This document shows, piece by piece, positions 54,793-63,964 of a DNA stretch of 64,000 nt. The notes under the pieces are model-generated. The model was not told the DNA's origin, searched no databases, and saw nothing but the letters and a program-made list of their open reading frames with translations. Source of the stretch: a phage. The stretch is from sequence record PZ445440.1; one strand, 5' to 3'. Both the position numbers and the translations under genes were made by a program. The number at the start of each line of letters is the position of its first letter. Within the stretch, counting starts at the first letter, position 1.

Positions 54793-55742
54793 TATAACAC
54801 CTCAATGGCATTTCGTAAACCATCCGCTTTAGCATTCAGAGCTTTTAACGATTTAGTTTGTTCTGCAATCTGGGCTTCGACTTCTTTCAGACGAGATTTG
54901 AGATATTCGCGTTCTTCTCTTAAGTTATCAACTTTTTCTGCTTTAGGCTCTTTAATAGACTTAGGTTTATATGTATTAGGGTTCTTCAACTTAATTTGAA
55001 TGCGAGAACTGAATAACATCGAACCGTTATCTTCGGTTTCACTGTGCATTTCTACCACATCCATGATTCTTAACATCATGCGAAGTTTATAAGACAGCGA
55101 ACGAACGGTTTTATTGTGCTTCTTAATTTCTTCAGCTTTCATGGTGCCGAGATTACGTGAGTAGTAATAAGGAACCTGGATATCAATTGATAATGATGCG
55201 TTACCATTACCAGTTGGTTTGAATACTGCAGTAACCCAATCTTTAACATGAACTTTATTTGTACGATCATCGCCGCCTGTGAATAATTTACAAGAATGTT
55301 TAAAAAGCATATTCACTTGGTTATTGAATTCACAAGCAAATTTATCAGCAAATTTAGTTTCAGGAATGGTAGTTAACCATTCAGCCAAATGAGTCTTTTT
55401 AACATCATTAACAATAGTGAATTCAACCAAATCGGTTTTAGTTGTCACAGATTTAATAAAGCTCGGCTTCATAAAGTTTTTAATGTTATCGCGAGCTACA
55501 GTAGAAGATAATAAACGAGAACGTTTGAACCATTGAAGCAACGTCCCTAACGAATGAGAATACGCATTTTGAGTATCTTTACAGATATGATTTTCTTGGC
55601 CTATGTATGTACCAAAATCGCGAAGAATACCACTTACTACATCTCGGTGTGGAACATCAAATCCTAGTGCACCAGAAGCACGTTGGGCATGAACGTTAGC
55701 GATAAGACCTGCAAAGTATTCAATGTAATGTGAACGTGTCAT
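54792..55742 (-). CDS. hypothetical protein with C-terminal coiled coil (316 aa)
   Basis: ATG with GAGG SD; heptad-like C-terminus EEREYLKSRLKEVEAQIAEQTKSLKALNAKADGLRNAIEVL. Confidence 0.65.
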   Translation of the reverse strand: MTRSHYIEYFAGLIANVHAQRASGALGFDVPHRDVVSGILRDFGTYIGQENHICKDTQNAYSHSLGTLLQWFKRSRLLSSTVARDNIKNFMKPSFIKSVTTKTDLVEFTIVNDVKKTHLAEWLTTIPETKFADKFACEFNNQVNMLFKHSCKLFTGGDDRTNKVHVKDWVTAVFKPTGNGNASLSIDIQVPYYYSRNLGTMKAEEIKKHNKTVRSLSYKLRMMLRIMDVVEMHSETEDNGSMLFSSRIQIKLKNPNTYKPKSIKEPKAEKVDNLREEREYLKSRLKEVEAQIAEQTKSLKALNAKADGLRNAIEVL

Positions 55743-55770
55743 AATATTTTCCTCTCGTTAAGATAGATTC

Positions 55771-55800
55771 ATTATACTCCAACCATCCTTGGTTGTAAAC
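55771..55800 (-). promoter_or_regulatory. early promoter, conserved 29-bp module
   Basis: Plus ttatactccaaccatccttggttgtaaac (minus GTTTAC-N18-TATAAT). Confidence 0.55.
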
Positions 55801-55804
55801 TATT

Positions 55805-56764
55805 TTATGATTTTAATGCATTCATTGCGTTAAAAAGTTTAGAATACTGCAACTGGAGATTCGTTACAACACTTTGAGCATCACGAAGCTTAGCTTGTGC
55901 TTTGTCAAGTTCAACAGACAGTTGGTCTACAGTAGCCTTGATTTGGTTGTAATGATAATCTTCGGCTGGAAGAAGGTCATTAGAAACATTTAGTTTTACT
56001 GCAGACAGTTTGCACACATTTGGTAAACCTTTAAACATTGATTTACCTGAAGTAGAATAAGCACTTAGGACTTCAGCCTGTTCAATTGGGGTCCCAGTAA
56101 GCGATGCTTCGAACGTTGCATTTTCCTTTTTAAGATTTTGATAGTATTCAGAGTCTTTGTGCCACCATGGCGCAGGAACCTTTTTACCAATAGATACACG
56201 AGCCTGGATAGCGATATGGCCCTTATTCTTGATAGGGTCGATAATATTAAGCTCACGAGAATAAATTGCTTTAATCTCATGGATATTATCGCCTAACACT
56301 TCTAGCGCTTGGTGGAATACACGAGCAACGTTATCATTCTTAGGTTTATACGTAAGAGTGAACTCGTTCTCACTGATAACCATGATTTCTAACTTATCGT
56401 AAGTGTACTTAAGATGCTTCATGTTAACCGCTTGAGGACGAATACGAGAAGCAATGGCCATCAGATTGTTAAGGTTATTCCGGAACTGCTTAGCGAAATA
56501 TTGTCCTTCACCACCAATACAAAAATTACGAAGTTTCTGTTTGGCTAATAAACGGCTGAACTCACCATTTTTAATGAACTCTTTAACGGGTGTGTTAGTA
56601 ACGCATTCAAATTGAGTAAACTTACGAGAATTAATCCCATAATACGAACAGATTTCCTCAATCTCTTCAGGAGTCTTTACAGGCATACGGATAGGATTAG
56701 GTCCTGGAGTATATGCGTTCGAGGTAAATTCTTTGATAAGTTCTTTACGTGTAATAAAAGCCAT
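55805..56764 (-). CDS. hypothetical protein with C-terminal coiled coil (319 aa)
   Basis: ATG with GAGGAA SD; own promoter module. Confidence 0.65.
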   Translation of the reverse strand: MAFITRKELIKEFTSNAYTPGPNPIRMPVKTPEEIEEICSYYGINSRKFTQFECVTNTPVKEFIKNGEFSRLLAKQKLRNFCIGGEGQYFAKQFRNNLNNLMAIASRIRPQAVNMKHLKYTYDKLEIMVISENEFTLTYKPKNDNVARVFHQALEVLGDNIHEIKAIYSRELNIIDPIKNKGHIAIQARVSIGKKVPAPWWHKDSEYYQNLKKENATFEASLTGTPIEQAEVLSAYSTSGKSMFKGLPNVCKLSAVKLNVSNDLLPAEDYHYNQIKATVDQLSVELDKAQAKLRDAQSVVTNLQLQYSKLFNAMNALKS

Positions 56765-56791
56765 TTTATATTCCTCATGTTGAAAAATTTA

Positions 56792-56820
56792 TTATACTCC
56801 AACCATCCTTGGTTGTACAT
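56792..56820 (-). promoter_or_regulatory. early promoter, conserved 29-bp module (variant -35)
   Basis: Plus ttatactccaaccatccttggttgtacat. Confidence 0.5.
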
Positions 56821-57656
56821 CATTCCTTAAGAAGTTTTACTACCTGAATAAGATTAGCTCGTTCTGTTTTATTTTTACCGTTTAAGCCTGCTAATCGTGA
56901 GATTTCATCGTCAGTCTGTTGAATAGTTACATTAAGTTCGTTAATCAAAGCTTCAAAGTATTTGATTTGCTCAGCATGTTTTGATTCAAATTTCTGAACC
57001 GGAATAACGTCTTGGTTTAGTTCATCAATAAGGTCTTTAAGAGCATCTTCTTGGTTGATATCATATTCAACTTCTTTTATTTCTTCAACGAGCTCGTCTT
57101 TATATCTAACGTCTTTTAGTCCTGGTGCTGGTCCTGAAATCTCTTCTTTAAGAGTACAAACATATCCAATACGGTATCCAATGCCGGCTCGCTTGATATC
57201 AACTTCGTCGATAAATCCACAATGTTTAAGCCCGGAGCCGATTAGGTCAAAATATCCTTGACGTCGTCCTTCAAACGTTACATGAACTACTAAGACAGTT
57301 TTACCTGCAACCTTTTGAAGCTCACATTTATAAAAGTCAGTTGAACCTGAATAACGTGGATGAGTTTTAAAGTTCATCTGACGATCTAGGCCCATTTGTA
57401 AACGCGCTGTTACGGCCAGAAAACGTGTTTGGTTCTCGTTAAGATGAGCAACAATCCATTTCAAAGGCATTTTACATTGGTCACGACAGAACAAATCAAC
57501 ATATCCAAGATTACGAAGGATATTGTTAGAGTTAATCATCGACAGAACGTTAAGTTTATTCAGCGCGCTGAAGATTCCATCAGCCATTGATTTTCCGTAA
57601 CCTTTACACGCTTTAATAAGTGCTCGCGGCAGATTAGTATAGATTTCAGACGGCAT
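56820..57656 (-). CDS. hypothetical protein with C-terminal coiled coil (278 aa)
   Basis: ORF in array. Confidence 0.6.
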   Translation of the reverse strand: MPSEIYTNLPRALIKACKGYGKSMADGIFSALNKLNVLSMINSNNILRNLGYVDLFCRDQCKMPLKWIVAHLNENQTRFLAVTARLQMGLDRQMNFKTHPRYSGSTDFYKCELQKVAGKTVLVVHVTFEGRRQGYFDLIGSGLKHCGFIDEVDIKRAGIGYRIGYVCTLKEEISGPAPGLKDVRYKDELVEEIKEVEYDINQEDALKDLIDELNQDVIPVQKFESKHAEQIKYFEALINELNVTIQQTDDEISRLAGLNGKNKTERANLIQVVKLLKE

Positions 57657-57879
57657 ATGAAAATCAAATTTACTCTAACCAGTAATTGATGAACTTGGAT
57701 AGCAATTTGTTCATAATTAAGTGCTCTGCGATCATTATGGTCTTTAAACCACACTTTAATCTGTGAAGCACATAAACCGTTAATTTCATGTTTTACCGCA
57801 TCAGATGTAATGCTCATAACTATTTCCTCAGATTGAATTGGAACTCAAAACCATTATAACCCGTCCTTGGGTAAAGCGT

Positions 57880-58407
57880 TTATGCGTGAACCGTCTTTAA
57901 ACGTTCTTCAAATTTCCGAAGAGTACTAATACGTTCTGCTTTCTGTTTTGTATAGTTTGCAATACGTTCTGAAGTGAGAGCGTATCGTTCGTTTACTGTT
58001 TCTTTCATGAAGTCAGTGATTTCACGAGAAGCTTTAATTTCATCAAACTTATCGAGTACTGCCTGATCTTCAGCAATTAAATTTTCGTACATCTCGATAT
58101 CTTTCTTGATGAAGTCGATATCTTCCTGGGTTACTTTGGATAAACGAGATGCTTTATCCTTTTTGTATTGCTCGTTAGTTTCACGAGACCAGAATAATGT
58201 ACGGTTTTTGTTGGTGTTTTTGTAGACTTCCACAATTCCAACTGAATCGATGATAACAATCCAATTCCAGCGAGATTTGAAAATCTGACCTCCGTCCACG
58301 GTAATCTCGTTACCATAAGCAACATCATTAAAGAACTTGCTTTGTGCTTCAGATTTAAATTTACCGTCGTTATAATTTACCAGGTTGAAAATATCTTTAG
58401 CGTTCAT
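57880..58407 (-). CDS. hypothetical protein (175 aa)
   Basis: ATG with upstream promoter. Confidence 0.6.
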   Translation of the reverse strand: MNAKDIFNLVNYNDGKFKSEAQSKFFNDVAYGNEITVDGGQIFKSRWNWIVIIDSVGIVEVYKNTNKNRTLFWSRETNEQYKKDKASRLSKVTQEDIDFIKKDIEMYENLIAEDQAVLDKFDEIKASREITDFMKETVNERYALTSERIANYTKQKAERISTLRKFEERLKTVHA

Positions 58408-58434
58408 GTTTTACCTCCAGTAGTTGATAGGTCT

Positions 58435-58463
58435 ATAATAACATAACCATAGACCTTGTAAAC
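58435..58463 (-). promoter_or_regulatory. T4-type early promoter; -10 between inverted repeat arms AGGTCTAT/ATAGACCT
   Basis: Minus GTTTAC (58463-58458), 17-bp spacer, TATTAT (58440-58435). Confidence 0.5.
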
Positions 58464-58465
58464 AA

Positions 58466-58753
58466 CTAAAAGAAACTTTTTTCGGTATTTTTTCCACTGA
58501 ACCAAACCGACTTCGGGATTTTTTGTAATTTTTCAGATTTAAGTTTCTCTTCCTGTTCTTTCTTATATACACCCTTGTCGTACTGGAGCATCTCTATGGC
58601 ATTCTTTTGCAAACGATCTAAGGTAATTAAGGCTTTAGTTTTTCCTTTCAAGGAAGAGTCCTGGCGAACCTCCTCACTATATTGCATCGTAGAACTAACC
58701 ATACGATGAGCATACAGTTCGACTGCGGCTTTAATTTTTTGCATAAAATCCAT
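58466..58753 (-). CDS. hypothetical protein (95 aa)
   Basis: ORF; overlaps alternative ORF 58648-58854. Confidence 0.45.
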   Translation of the reverse strand: MDFMQKIKAAVELYAHRMVSSTMQYSEEVRQDSSLKGKTKALITLDRLQKNAIEMLQYDKGVYKKEQEEKLKSEKLQKIPKSVWFSGKNTEKSFF

Positions 58754-58891
58754 AACATATCCTCTTTGATTTGTACATCATTATTTTTAAATATTTCTAT
58801 GCCCTCAGTAGGTTCCTGGTGTCCTTCTTTGAGGTAAGCCATATGATTATTCATCTTTATGGCTTTTGTTACCTCAGAACTTCCTATAAGC

Positions 58892-59872
58892 TTATTTCAG
58901 TAAAGTTACTTCAGAGATTTCCTCCCAACCATCTTTATCAGTTGAAATAAAATCTGCTACATAAAGAGCCGTACGTAATGATACATTGCGAAGACGAGAT
59001 ACGTTAGCCTTCATCCAAGATAATGCTTTATACGTTTCTGCATCAGTCAGACCACGTTTCTGCATCATGTCAGTAGATAATATTACATCTTCAACTCGAA
59101 CCATAATCTCTTCATTAGAGTGTACTCCAAGGTCAAGATACACTGAACGAGATACTAAAGCTTGAAGGTGTGGAGCAAGTTTAGAACCGCGTTCTAACTC
59201 TTTATCGATATCAACGTTTGTAATGAAAACGATAGTACCTTCAAACTCAAATTCTTTATCGATACCCTTATCATCAAGATAAGATGATGCAGTGCTCCAA
59301 CAAACTTTGCGTTTATCACCGGTATCTAATGCGGCTTTAAGAAGGTTCAAGATGTCCATATCTGAGAATACGTCAACGTCGTCGATTAAGAGAACGCTGT
59401 CTGCATCACGGTTGAGCCAAAGTTGTTCGTAAAGGCCAATACCAGAGATTTTACCATTAATACTTTTGTATTTGATGAAACCATTATCATTAGCATTATT
59501 AAGTGCTTTATCCAGAGAATACGTCTTACCAATACCTGCTGCACCTGAAATAATGAGTGAACGAATTTTGCCATCGATAATGCCATTCGTCATCATGTTC
59601 ATTACTTTAAAGCGTTTGTTGATACGAGTTTTCATATCTTCAGTGCTTTCAATAACTGCAACTGGTGACGTCTCAACTCCTTCCATTACGATGTCTGATT
59701 TGAAGACCCATACTCCACGTTCAGAGCCATCAATCATAACGAAAATTTTACCATCACCTAAGTGGGAACATTCAGGATTAAGCTTTGCCGGGAACCATGT
59801 CTTTGTGGCAACATAAGAACCAGAGATTTCGTTATTACGATAGATACCTTTTTTGATTTGAACGTTGAACAT
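58892..59872 (-). CDS. P-loop ATPase (326 aa from ATG with GGAG SD)
   Basis: Walker A ISGAAGIGKTYS, Walker B VLLIDDVD; track start is TTG, the ATG 4 codons in has a better SD. Confidence 0.65.
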   Translation of the reverse strand: MFNVQIKKGIYRNNEISGSYVATKTWFPAKLNPECSHLGDGKIFVMIDGSERGVWVFKSDIVMEGVETSPVAVIESTEDMKTRINKRFKVMNMMTNGIIDGKIRSLIISGAAGIGKTYSLDKALNNANDNGFIKYKSINGKISGIGLYEQLWLNRDADSVLLIDDVDVFSDMDILNLLKAALDTGDKRKVCWSTASSYLDDKGIDKEFEFEGTIVFITNVDIDKELERGSKLAPHLQALVSRSVYLDLGVHSNEEIMVRVEDVILSTDMMQKRGLTDAETYKALSWMKANVSRLRNVSLRTALYVADFISTDKDGWEEISEVTLLK

Positions 59873-59911
59873 TTTATTCTCCAAATTTACTCATTTCGTT
59901 TCGATAGGTCT

Positions 59912-59940
59912 ATAATAACATATCCTAAAAGCATGTACAC
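59912..59940 (-). promoter_or_regulatory. early-type promoter (GTGTAC -35 variant, TATTAT -10)
   Basis: Plus tcgataggtctataataacatatcctaaaagcatgtacac. Confidence 0.4.
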
Positions 59941-59960
59941 TACTTTTTAAAAATATTTTG

Positions 59961-59986
59961 ACCCCCTAAAGGGCCCGAAGGCCCTT
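59961..59986 (-). terminator. hairpin (AAGGGCC-UUCG-GGCCCUU) after ORF 59988-60977; weak U-tract
   Basis: Plus aagggcc-cgaa-ggccctt adjacent to the stop codon. Confidence 0.35.
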
Positions 59987-59987
59987 A

Positions 59988-60977
59988 TCATTTATAGTAC
60001 GAATTGTGGTTTTCTAAGTAGACTTGTTCAAGGAAGTCATCCCAGAAACTCATATCTACTTTTTGTTGCATACCATTCTTAGCAGCTTGTTCTGCTGCAT
60101 GTTCAACTTGGTCAACGATATCTTCTAGGAATTCCTGTATGGTTTTAAACGTATGTTTACCAAGCTTAACATCGAGAATAAATGGAGCATCCTGAAGCGG
60201 GTAAACCAGGTCGCCGGTTTTGTAAATTTCTAGGAGCTGAAGTCCACCACGGCATGCATGACTCAATGCTTTCCAATCAATACCTTCATTGGCTTCTGCC
60301 TTACGAGCACGTTCACCGTAGTTCTCTTCAAGTTTAACCAGGATGGCATTGAACTCTTTATTGGTTAACGTGTCTTGGAATTTACGGTCCAACAGACTAT
60401 AGAATGTTTGCTTACCTGTTTTCTCATTTTCGGTTTCAACCCACGAAGCAAATTCACCTACAGGCAGAACATTCTTCATATGTGATAAACGAATTACTGC
60501 ACCATTATCAAAGTATCGTCCCCATTCATTAGAACGTTTAAGGGCTTGACGAAGAACAGCCAGTCGAGAACCCTTGACACCGTATTTAGAAGCTTGCTTA
60601 CGGACATACCCTAAATAAGATTTCATGTTAGTGGTATAGAAACGAGACCTGTTATCTTGAATATACTTCCATACATCAGGCAAATCAGATTTAACTACTA
60701 GACTTTGTGGAGTGTGAAGCATATCTAATGCGACGGTTTCACCATCAGCAGCTAGTTTAAAGAAATATTTGAGACTATACAACTCATGGTCCACGTCGTC
60801 TTTTGTGTTCTTAGAAGATGTGTTATTCGTGTTCTTGCTCATGTGTTCTTTAACGTTACCGGTCAAGATATCACGAGCATGAGGGACATAAATTTCTTTA
60901 AAATCGACGTCAGATTCAGGAGTAGACGTTCCATAAAGGTGGCTACCAAAGTAAGCCTTAACAATCGTTTTCATCAT
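59988..60977 (-). CDS. predicted nucleotidyltransferase (Pol-beta/minimal NTase superfamily-like)
   Basis: 329 aa; N-terminal GSHLYGTSTPESDVDF fits the GS-x(9-13)-DxD NTase motif. Confidence 0.55.
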   Translation of the reverse strand: MMKTIVKAYFGSHLYGTSTPESDVDFKEIYVPHARDILTGNVKEHMSKNTNNTSSKNTKDDVDHELYSLKYFFKLAADGETVALDMLHTPQSLVVKSDLPDVWKYIQDNRSRFYTTNMKSYLGYVRKQASKYGVKGSRLAVLRQALKRSNEWGRYFDNGAVIRLSHMKNVLPVGEFASWVETENEKTGKQTFYSLLDRKFQDTLTNKEFNAILVKLEENYGERARKAEANEGIDWKALSHACRGGLQLLEIYKTGDLVYPLQDAPFILDVKLGKHTFKTIQEFLEDIVDQVEHAAEQAAKNGMQQKVDMSFWDDFLEQVYLENHNSYYK

Positions 60978-61447
60978 TTAGCCTTATATTCAAGAGTAGG
61001 ACAGACTTTTTCTTTACGAGCTTTAAGGTATCCACCTATTAATGATTTCTTACGTTCAATAGGCTCAAGTCCATTTTTAATTCGTTCTTGGTTTTGCGCA
61101 ATGAGCTCAATTTCTTTATAATATTTTCTGTCGTTATATTTGTCTAACAGCCAAGACGGACCAATTACTAACCCGGTAGCAATAAAAGCCATGACTGCTA
61201 CAATTAAAATGCCTACACCAATTGAGGCTGGAACTAATGTCCATAGACTGCTAAAAACAAAGAATTTAGTTAAAATTTCCTGGCCAATGATTGTGACTGC
61301 TGCTAAAATCGCAAATCCAATAATTGAAGCAGCCAATACCGGGATTAACGTTTTCCAAAAATAAGCACACAACGTTTTCGGACGATTCCATGTACTATTG
61401 AACGCGGCATAAATTTTAAAGTGCCAAGAGTTTTCATTGATAATCAT
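60974..61447 (-). CDS. integral membrane protein (157 aa)
   Basis: Several predicted TM helices (ASIIGFAILAAVTIIG; GVGILIVAVMAFIATGLVIG). Confidence 0.6.
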   Translation of the reverse strand: MIINENSWHFKIYAAFNSTWNRPKTLCAYFWKTLIPVLAASIIGFAILAAVTIIGQEILTKFFVFSSLWTLVPASIGVGILIVAVMAFIATGLVIGPSWLLDKYNDRKYYKEIELIAQNQERIKNGLEPIERKKSLIGGYLKARKEKVCPTLEYKAK

Positions 61448-61456
61448 AATAATTCC

Positions 61457-61999
61457 TTATTTCAAAGTTGGGATAATGGAATCGAGATAAGCTTTAAGAG
61501 CTACAGCTTCGTCTTTGGTAAATGTAGTAACATGTGAACGTAAATCATCATTTTGGCGAATAGTTACTACATCACCATCTTCATAAGAATTCATGACAGC
61601 CAAAGTCGTGGTATAGTTTGGAGCTATTGGATTAATAATGTAAGCACCACGACTGATACCCCATTTAAGTTTAGCCTTTTCAGGTGGTTCGGATTCCAAG
61701 AATTCTTTCACCTTAGCAACGAATGTTTTCCAGTTATCGATAGAAAGGCATTTGTCTTCAGTTTCGATATTAGCACCGTTATAAAGCCCATGATAAAAAC
61801 GAGCCTGAAGGTCTCCACCAATATTAATTGCCGATGCATGACCAGGCGGATTGAGTTTCAAAATCTCGTCTAGTTCCATAGGACAAATAGTAATACCATC
61901 ATCTTCCTGAGTCAGAACGTATACATTACCACGTTTTTCGATAGTCAAATCACCGAACAGTTCGGTTGTTTCAATTACAGTTTTCATATTATTCACCAA
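61457..61999 (-). CDS. hypothetical protein (180 aa)
   Basis: ORF in gene array. Confidence 0.6.
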   Translation of the reverse strand: MVNNMKTVIETTELFGDLTIEKRGNVYVLTQEDDGITICPMELDEILKLNPPGHASAINIGGDLQARFYHGLYNGANIETEDKCLSIDNWKTFVAKVKEFLESEPPEKAKLKWGISRGAYIINPIAPNYTTTLAVMNSYEDGDVVTIRQNDDLRSHVTTFTKDEAVALKAYLDSIIPTLK

Positions 62000-62303
62000 T
62001 TAAAGTTTCAACAAAATTCACCAAATCATTCTGACGAGCATCAACTTGTTTTTCATAAAAGTCTCCACAGTCATTTACTGCATGATAAGCTACATCATTT
62101 AAATCTGAATCAGCTTCACGTAAGTCATGGATAAGGTCCATCAATTTATTAGCTTGTTCACGGGTCATTTTACCATACTCGTTTCAATAAGATTCACTAT
62201 GCCGTTTACCATGTTATAAGTAAACATCGGATAATTGTATTGTATCACAACGTATACGATAAGCAAAAGTTTCATTTTGTTCTCCATTTGTTTTGGTAGG
62301 ACT

Positions 62304-62333
62304 ACTATAACATAGTCCTACCAAGATGTAAAC
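62304..62333 (-). promoter_or_regulatory. T4-type early promoter; -10 in the loop of a perfect 10-bp inverted repeat GGTAGGACTA/TAGTCCTACC
   Basis: Minus GTTTAC (62333-62328), 18-bp spacer, TATAGT; arms at 62295-62304 and 62313-62322. Confidence 0.5.
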
Positions 62334-62566
62334 TACCGATTGTGTTTTAAATGTTGATAAAGTTCTTCAACTTGTTTAGGGTCCAAAACAATTAGGTCAT
62401 TTTCTTGGCGAAGATAAATCCATCCCTTATCCCCAGGACCATTTTTACAAAACATCACCACCATATCATCATCTTCAGCGCTTTCAGGTAAAAGTTCAAG
62501 TACGCCGTCTTCAGATTTTTCAGTATAATCGTAAAGCATAATATCCTCACATAATCTCGTTAACAT
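62333..62566 (-). CDS. hypothetical protein (77 aa)
   Basis: ORF in gene array. Confidence 0.55.
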   Translation of the reverse strand: MLTRLCEDIMLYDYTEKSEDGVLELLPESAEDDDMVVMFCKNGPGDKGWIYLRQENDLIVLDPKQVEELYQHLKHNR

Positions 62567-62795
62567 ACATTTGCAATTCGGTGTGGGCGTCAGCCATCTT
62601 TTTCATAGCTCTGTTAATGTCGATGTCTCCATCTTCGCAACCATGAGCATTTTCCCAATCAGATACCGCATTAGCGTACTCTTCAATCAAAAACATTAAC
62701 TTAGAAATTTTTTCTTTACGTGACATAACGTTCTCCTCTAGTAAGTAAGGTTTACTATAACACAACCTGAGGAGAAGTAAACTGATAGATGCCAA
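62547..62795 (-). CDS. hypothetical protein (82 aa)
   Basis: ORF in gene array. Confidence 0.55.
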   Translation of the reverse strand: MASISLLLLRLCYSKPYLLEENVMSRKEKISKLMFLIEEYANAVSDWENAHGCEDGDIDINRAMKKMADAHTELQMYVNEIM

Positions 62796-62821
62796 AAAGC
62801 CCCGACCTTTCGGAAGGGGCT
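62792..62821 (-). terminator. intrinsic terminator after ORF 62828-63130
   Basis: Plus aaaaa-agcccc-gacctttcggaa-ggggct: GC stem followed by U5 on the minus-strand RNA. Confidence 0.5.
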
Positions 62822-62827
62822 AGTAAA

Positions 62828-63130
62828 TTAGATAGATGTAGGCTCTAATTTTATTTTCATGAACTCGGCAAATTGTCTGGCAGTTTTTATGCCTTGTTCA
62901 TGACATTCAAATGCATCATCACAGGGGCTATTTTTGTAATGCTTTGCCATATACTTATAGAATTTTTCAGAATTCTCGACATTTTGAATTTCAAACAAAG
63001 TATATACGTTTTTAATCCCTGATTCCATAAAGTTATCAAAGTATGGGTCAACATATGCAGTGCCAACAATAGGAGTCGTTGCTGCAAAAAACCCCAGCAT
63101 CGCCACAATGACTATCGCTCTTAAGGCCAT
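62828..63130 (-). CDS. secreted/periplasmic protein (100 aa, signal peptide)
   Basis: N-terminal MALRAIVIVAMLGFFAATTPIVGTA. Confidence 0.6.
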   Translation of the reverse strand: MALRAIVIVAMLGFFAATTPIVGTAYVDPYFDNFMESGIKNVYTLFEIQNVENSEKFYKYMAKHYKNSPCDDAFECHEQGIKTARQFAEFMKIKLEPTSI

Positions 63131-63142
63131 ATAGGCCTCCTG

Positions 63143-63355
63143 TTAATTTTGGCCAGTATTTATTTTTCGCCTTTGGACGGCATTAACATCTGCGAGGTAT
63201 TTTTCCAGCTTGCGCTTGCGTGTATAATCAGCTTTAGAACCAGTTTGACGGATATCCTCGTTTAAATGAGAAATAGAATGTCCTAATTCTCTTCGGATTT
63301 CATCCAATTGGGTTACAGTAAGATTACGAAGTTGTCTTTCGTTTAATTGCTGCAT
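63143..63355 (-). CDS. hypothetical protein (70 aa)
   Basis: ORF in gene array. Confidence 0.5.
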   Translation of the reverse strand: MQQLNERQLRNLTVTQLDEIRRELGHSISHLNEDIRQTGSKADYTRKRKLEKYLADVNAVQRRKINTGQN

Positions 63356-63382
63356 ATATACCTCTTGGTTAGATATTAGTAT

Positions 63383-63964
63383 TTATAACAACCCTGTCAA
63401 ATCGTTCCAATGCTTCCGGCATAATGACACATATCTATCGGTATCACCAATTTCAATTTGACTGCCATCTGTAATTGGAAGTCCGTCTTCCGTGACTCTA
63501 GCTACCATTGTGGCCTTTTTACCACAATGACAGACACCTTTAAGTTCAACAAGCTTATCGGCAATAGCCATTAATGCTTGAGAACCTTCAAATAGATTAC
63601 CTTTAAAATCTGTTCGTAGTCCGTATGCCATTACCGGCACATTGTATACGTCAACAATACGACTAAGTTGATACACCTTTTCAGTAGTTAAGAACTGAGC
63701 TTCGTCAACAAATACACAGTGAATATCCTTTTGTGCTGCAGCCCATTTATAGAATTCAAAGATATCCATGTCTTTTGTAATTATATTGGCGTCCTGACGA
63801 ATACCAATACGAGAGACTATTTCACCTTTTGAATCACGAGTATCAATAGCCGGTTTAAGAACTAATACACCCATGCCACGTTCTTTATAGTTATGTGCGG
63901 CAGTAAGTAATGAAGCAGACTTACCAGCGTTCATAGCGGCATATGTAAAAATTAAACTAGCCAT
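63383..63964 (-). CDS. tk: thymidine kinase
   Basis: 193 aa; P-loop AMNAGKSAS, Zn ribbon CHCGKKA...C; matches T4 Tk length. Confidence 0.9.
   Translation of the reverse strand: MASLIFTYAAMNAGKSASLLTAAHNYKERGMGVLVLKPAIDTRDSKGEIVSRIGIRQDANIITKDMDIFEFYKWAAAQKDIHCVFVDEAQFLTTEKVYQLSRIVDVYNVPVMAYGLRTDFKGNLFEGSQALMAIADKLVELKGVCHCGKKATMVARVTEDGLPITDGSQIEIGDTDRYVSLCRKHWNDLTGLL

Noticed and set aside
13406-56820. Possible CRISPR array or transposon ends suggested by the repeated 29-bp sequence
   Set aside because: Copies are kilobases apart, always sit immediately upstream of a gene start, and contain GTTTAC/TATAAT promoter hexamers at correct spacing; there are no regular spacers and no flanking transposase
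57560-57817. 85-aa ORF overlapping the start of ORF 56820-57656
   Set aside because: Overlaps the upstream gene by ~100 nt with no clear SD; kept out of the feature list as unresolved
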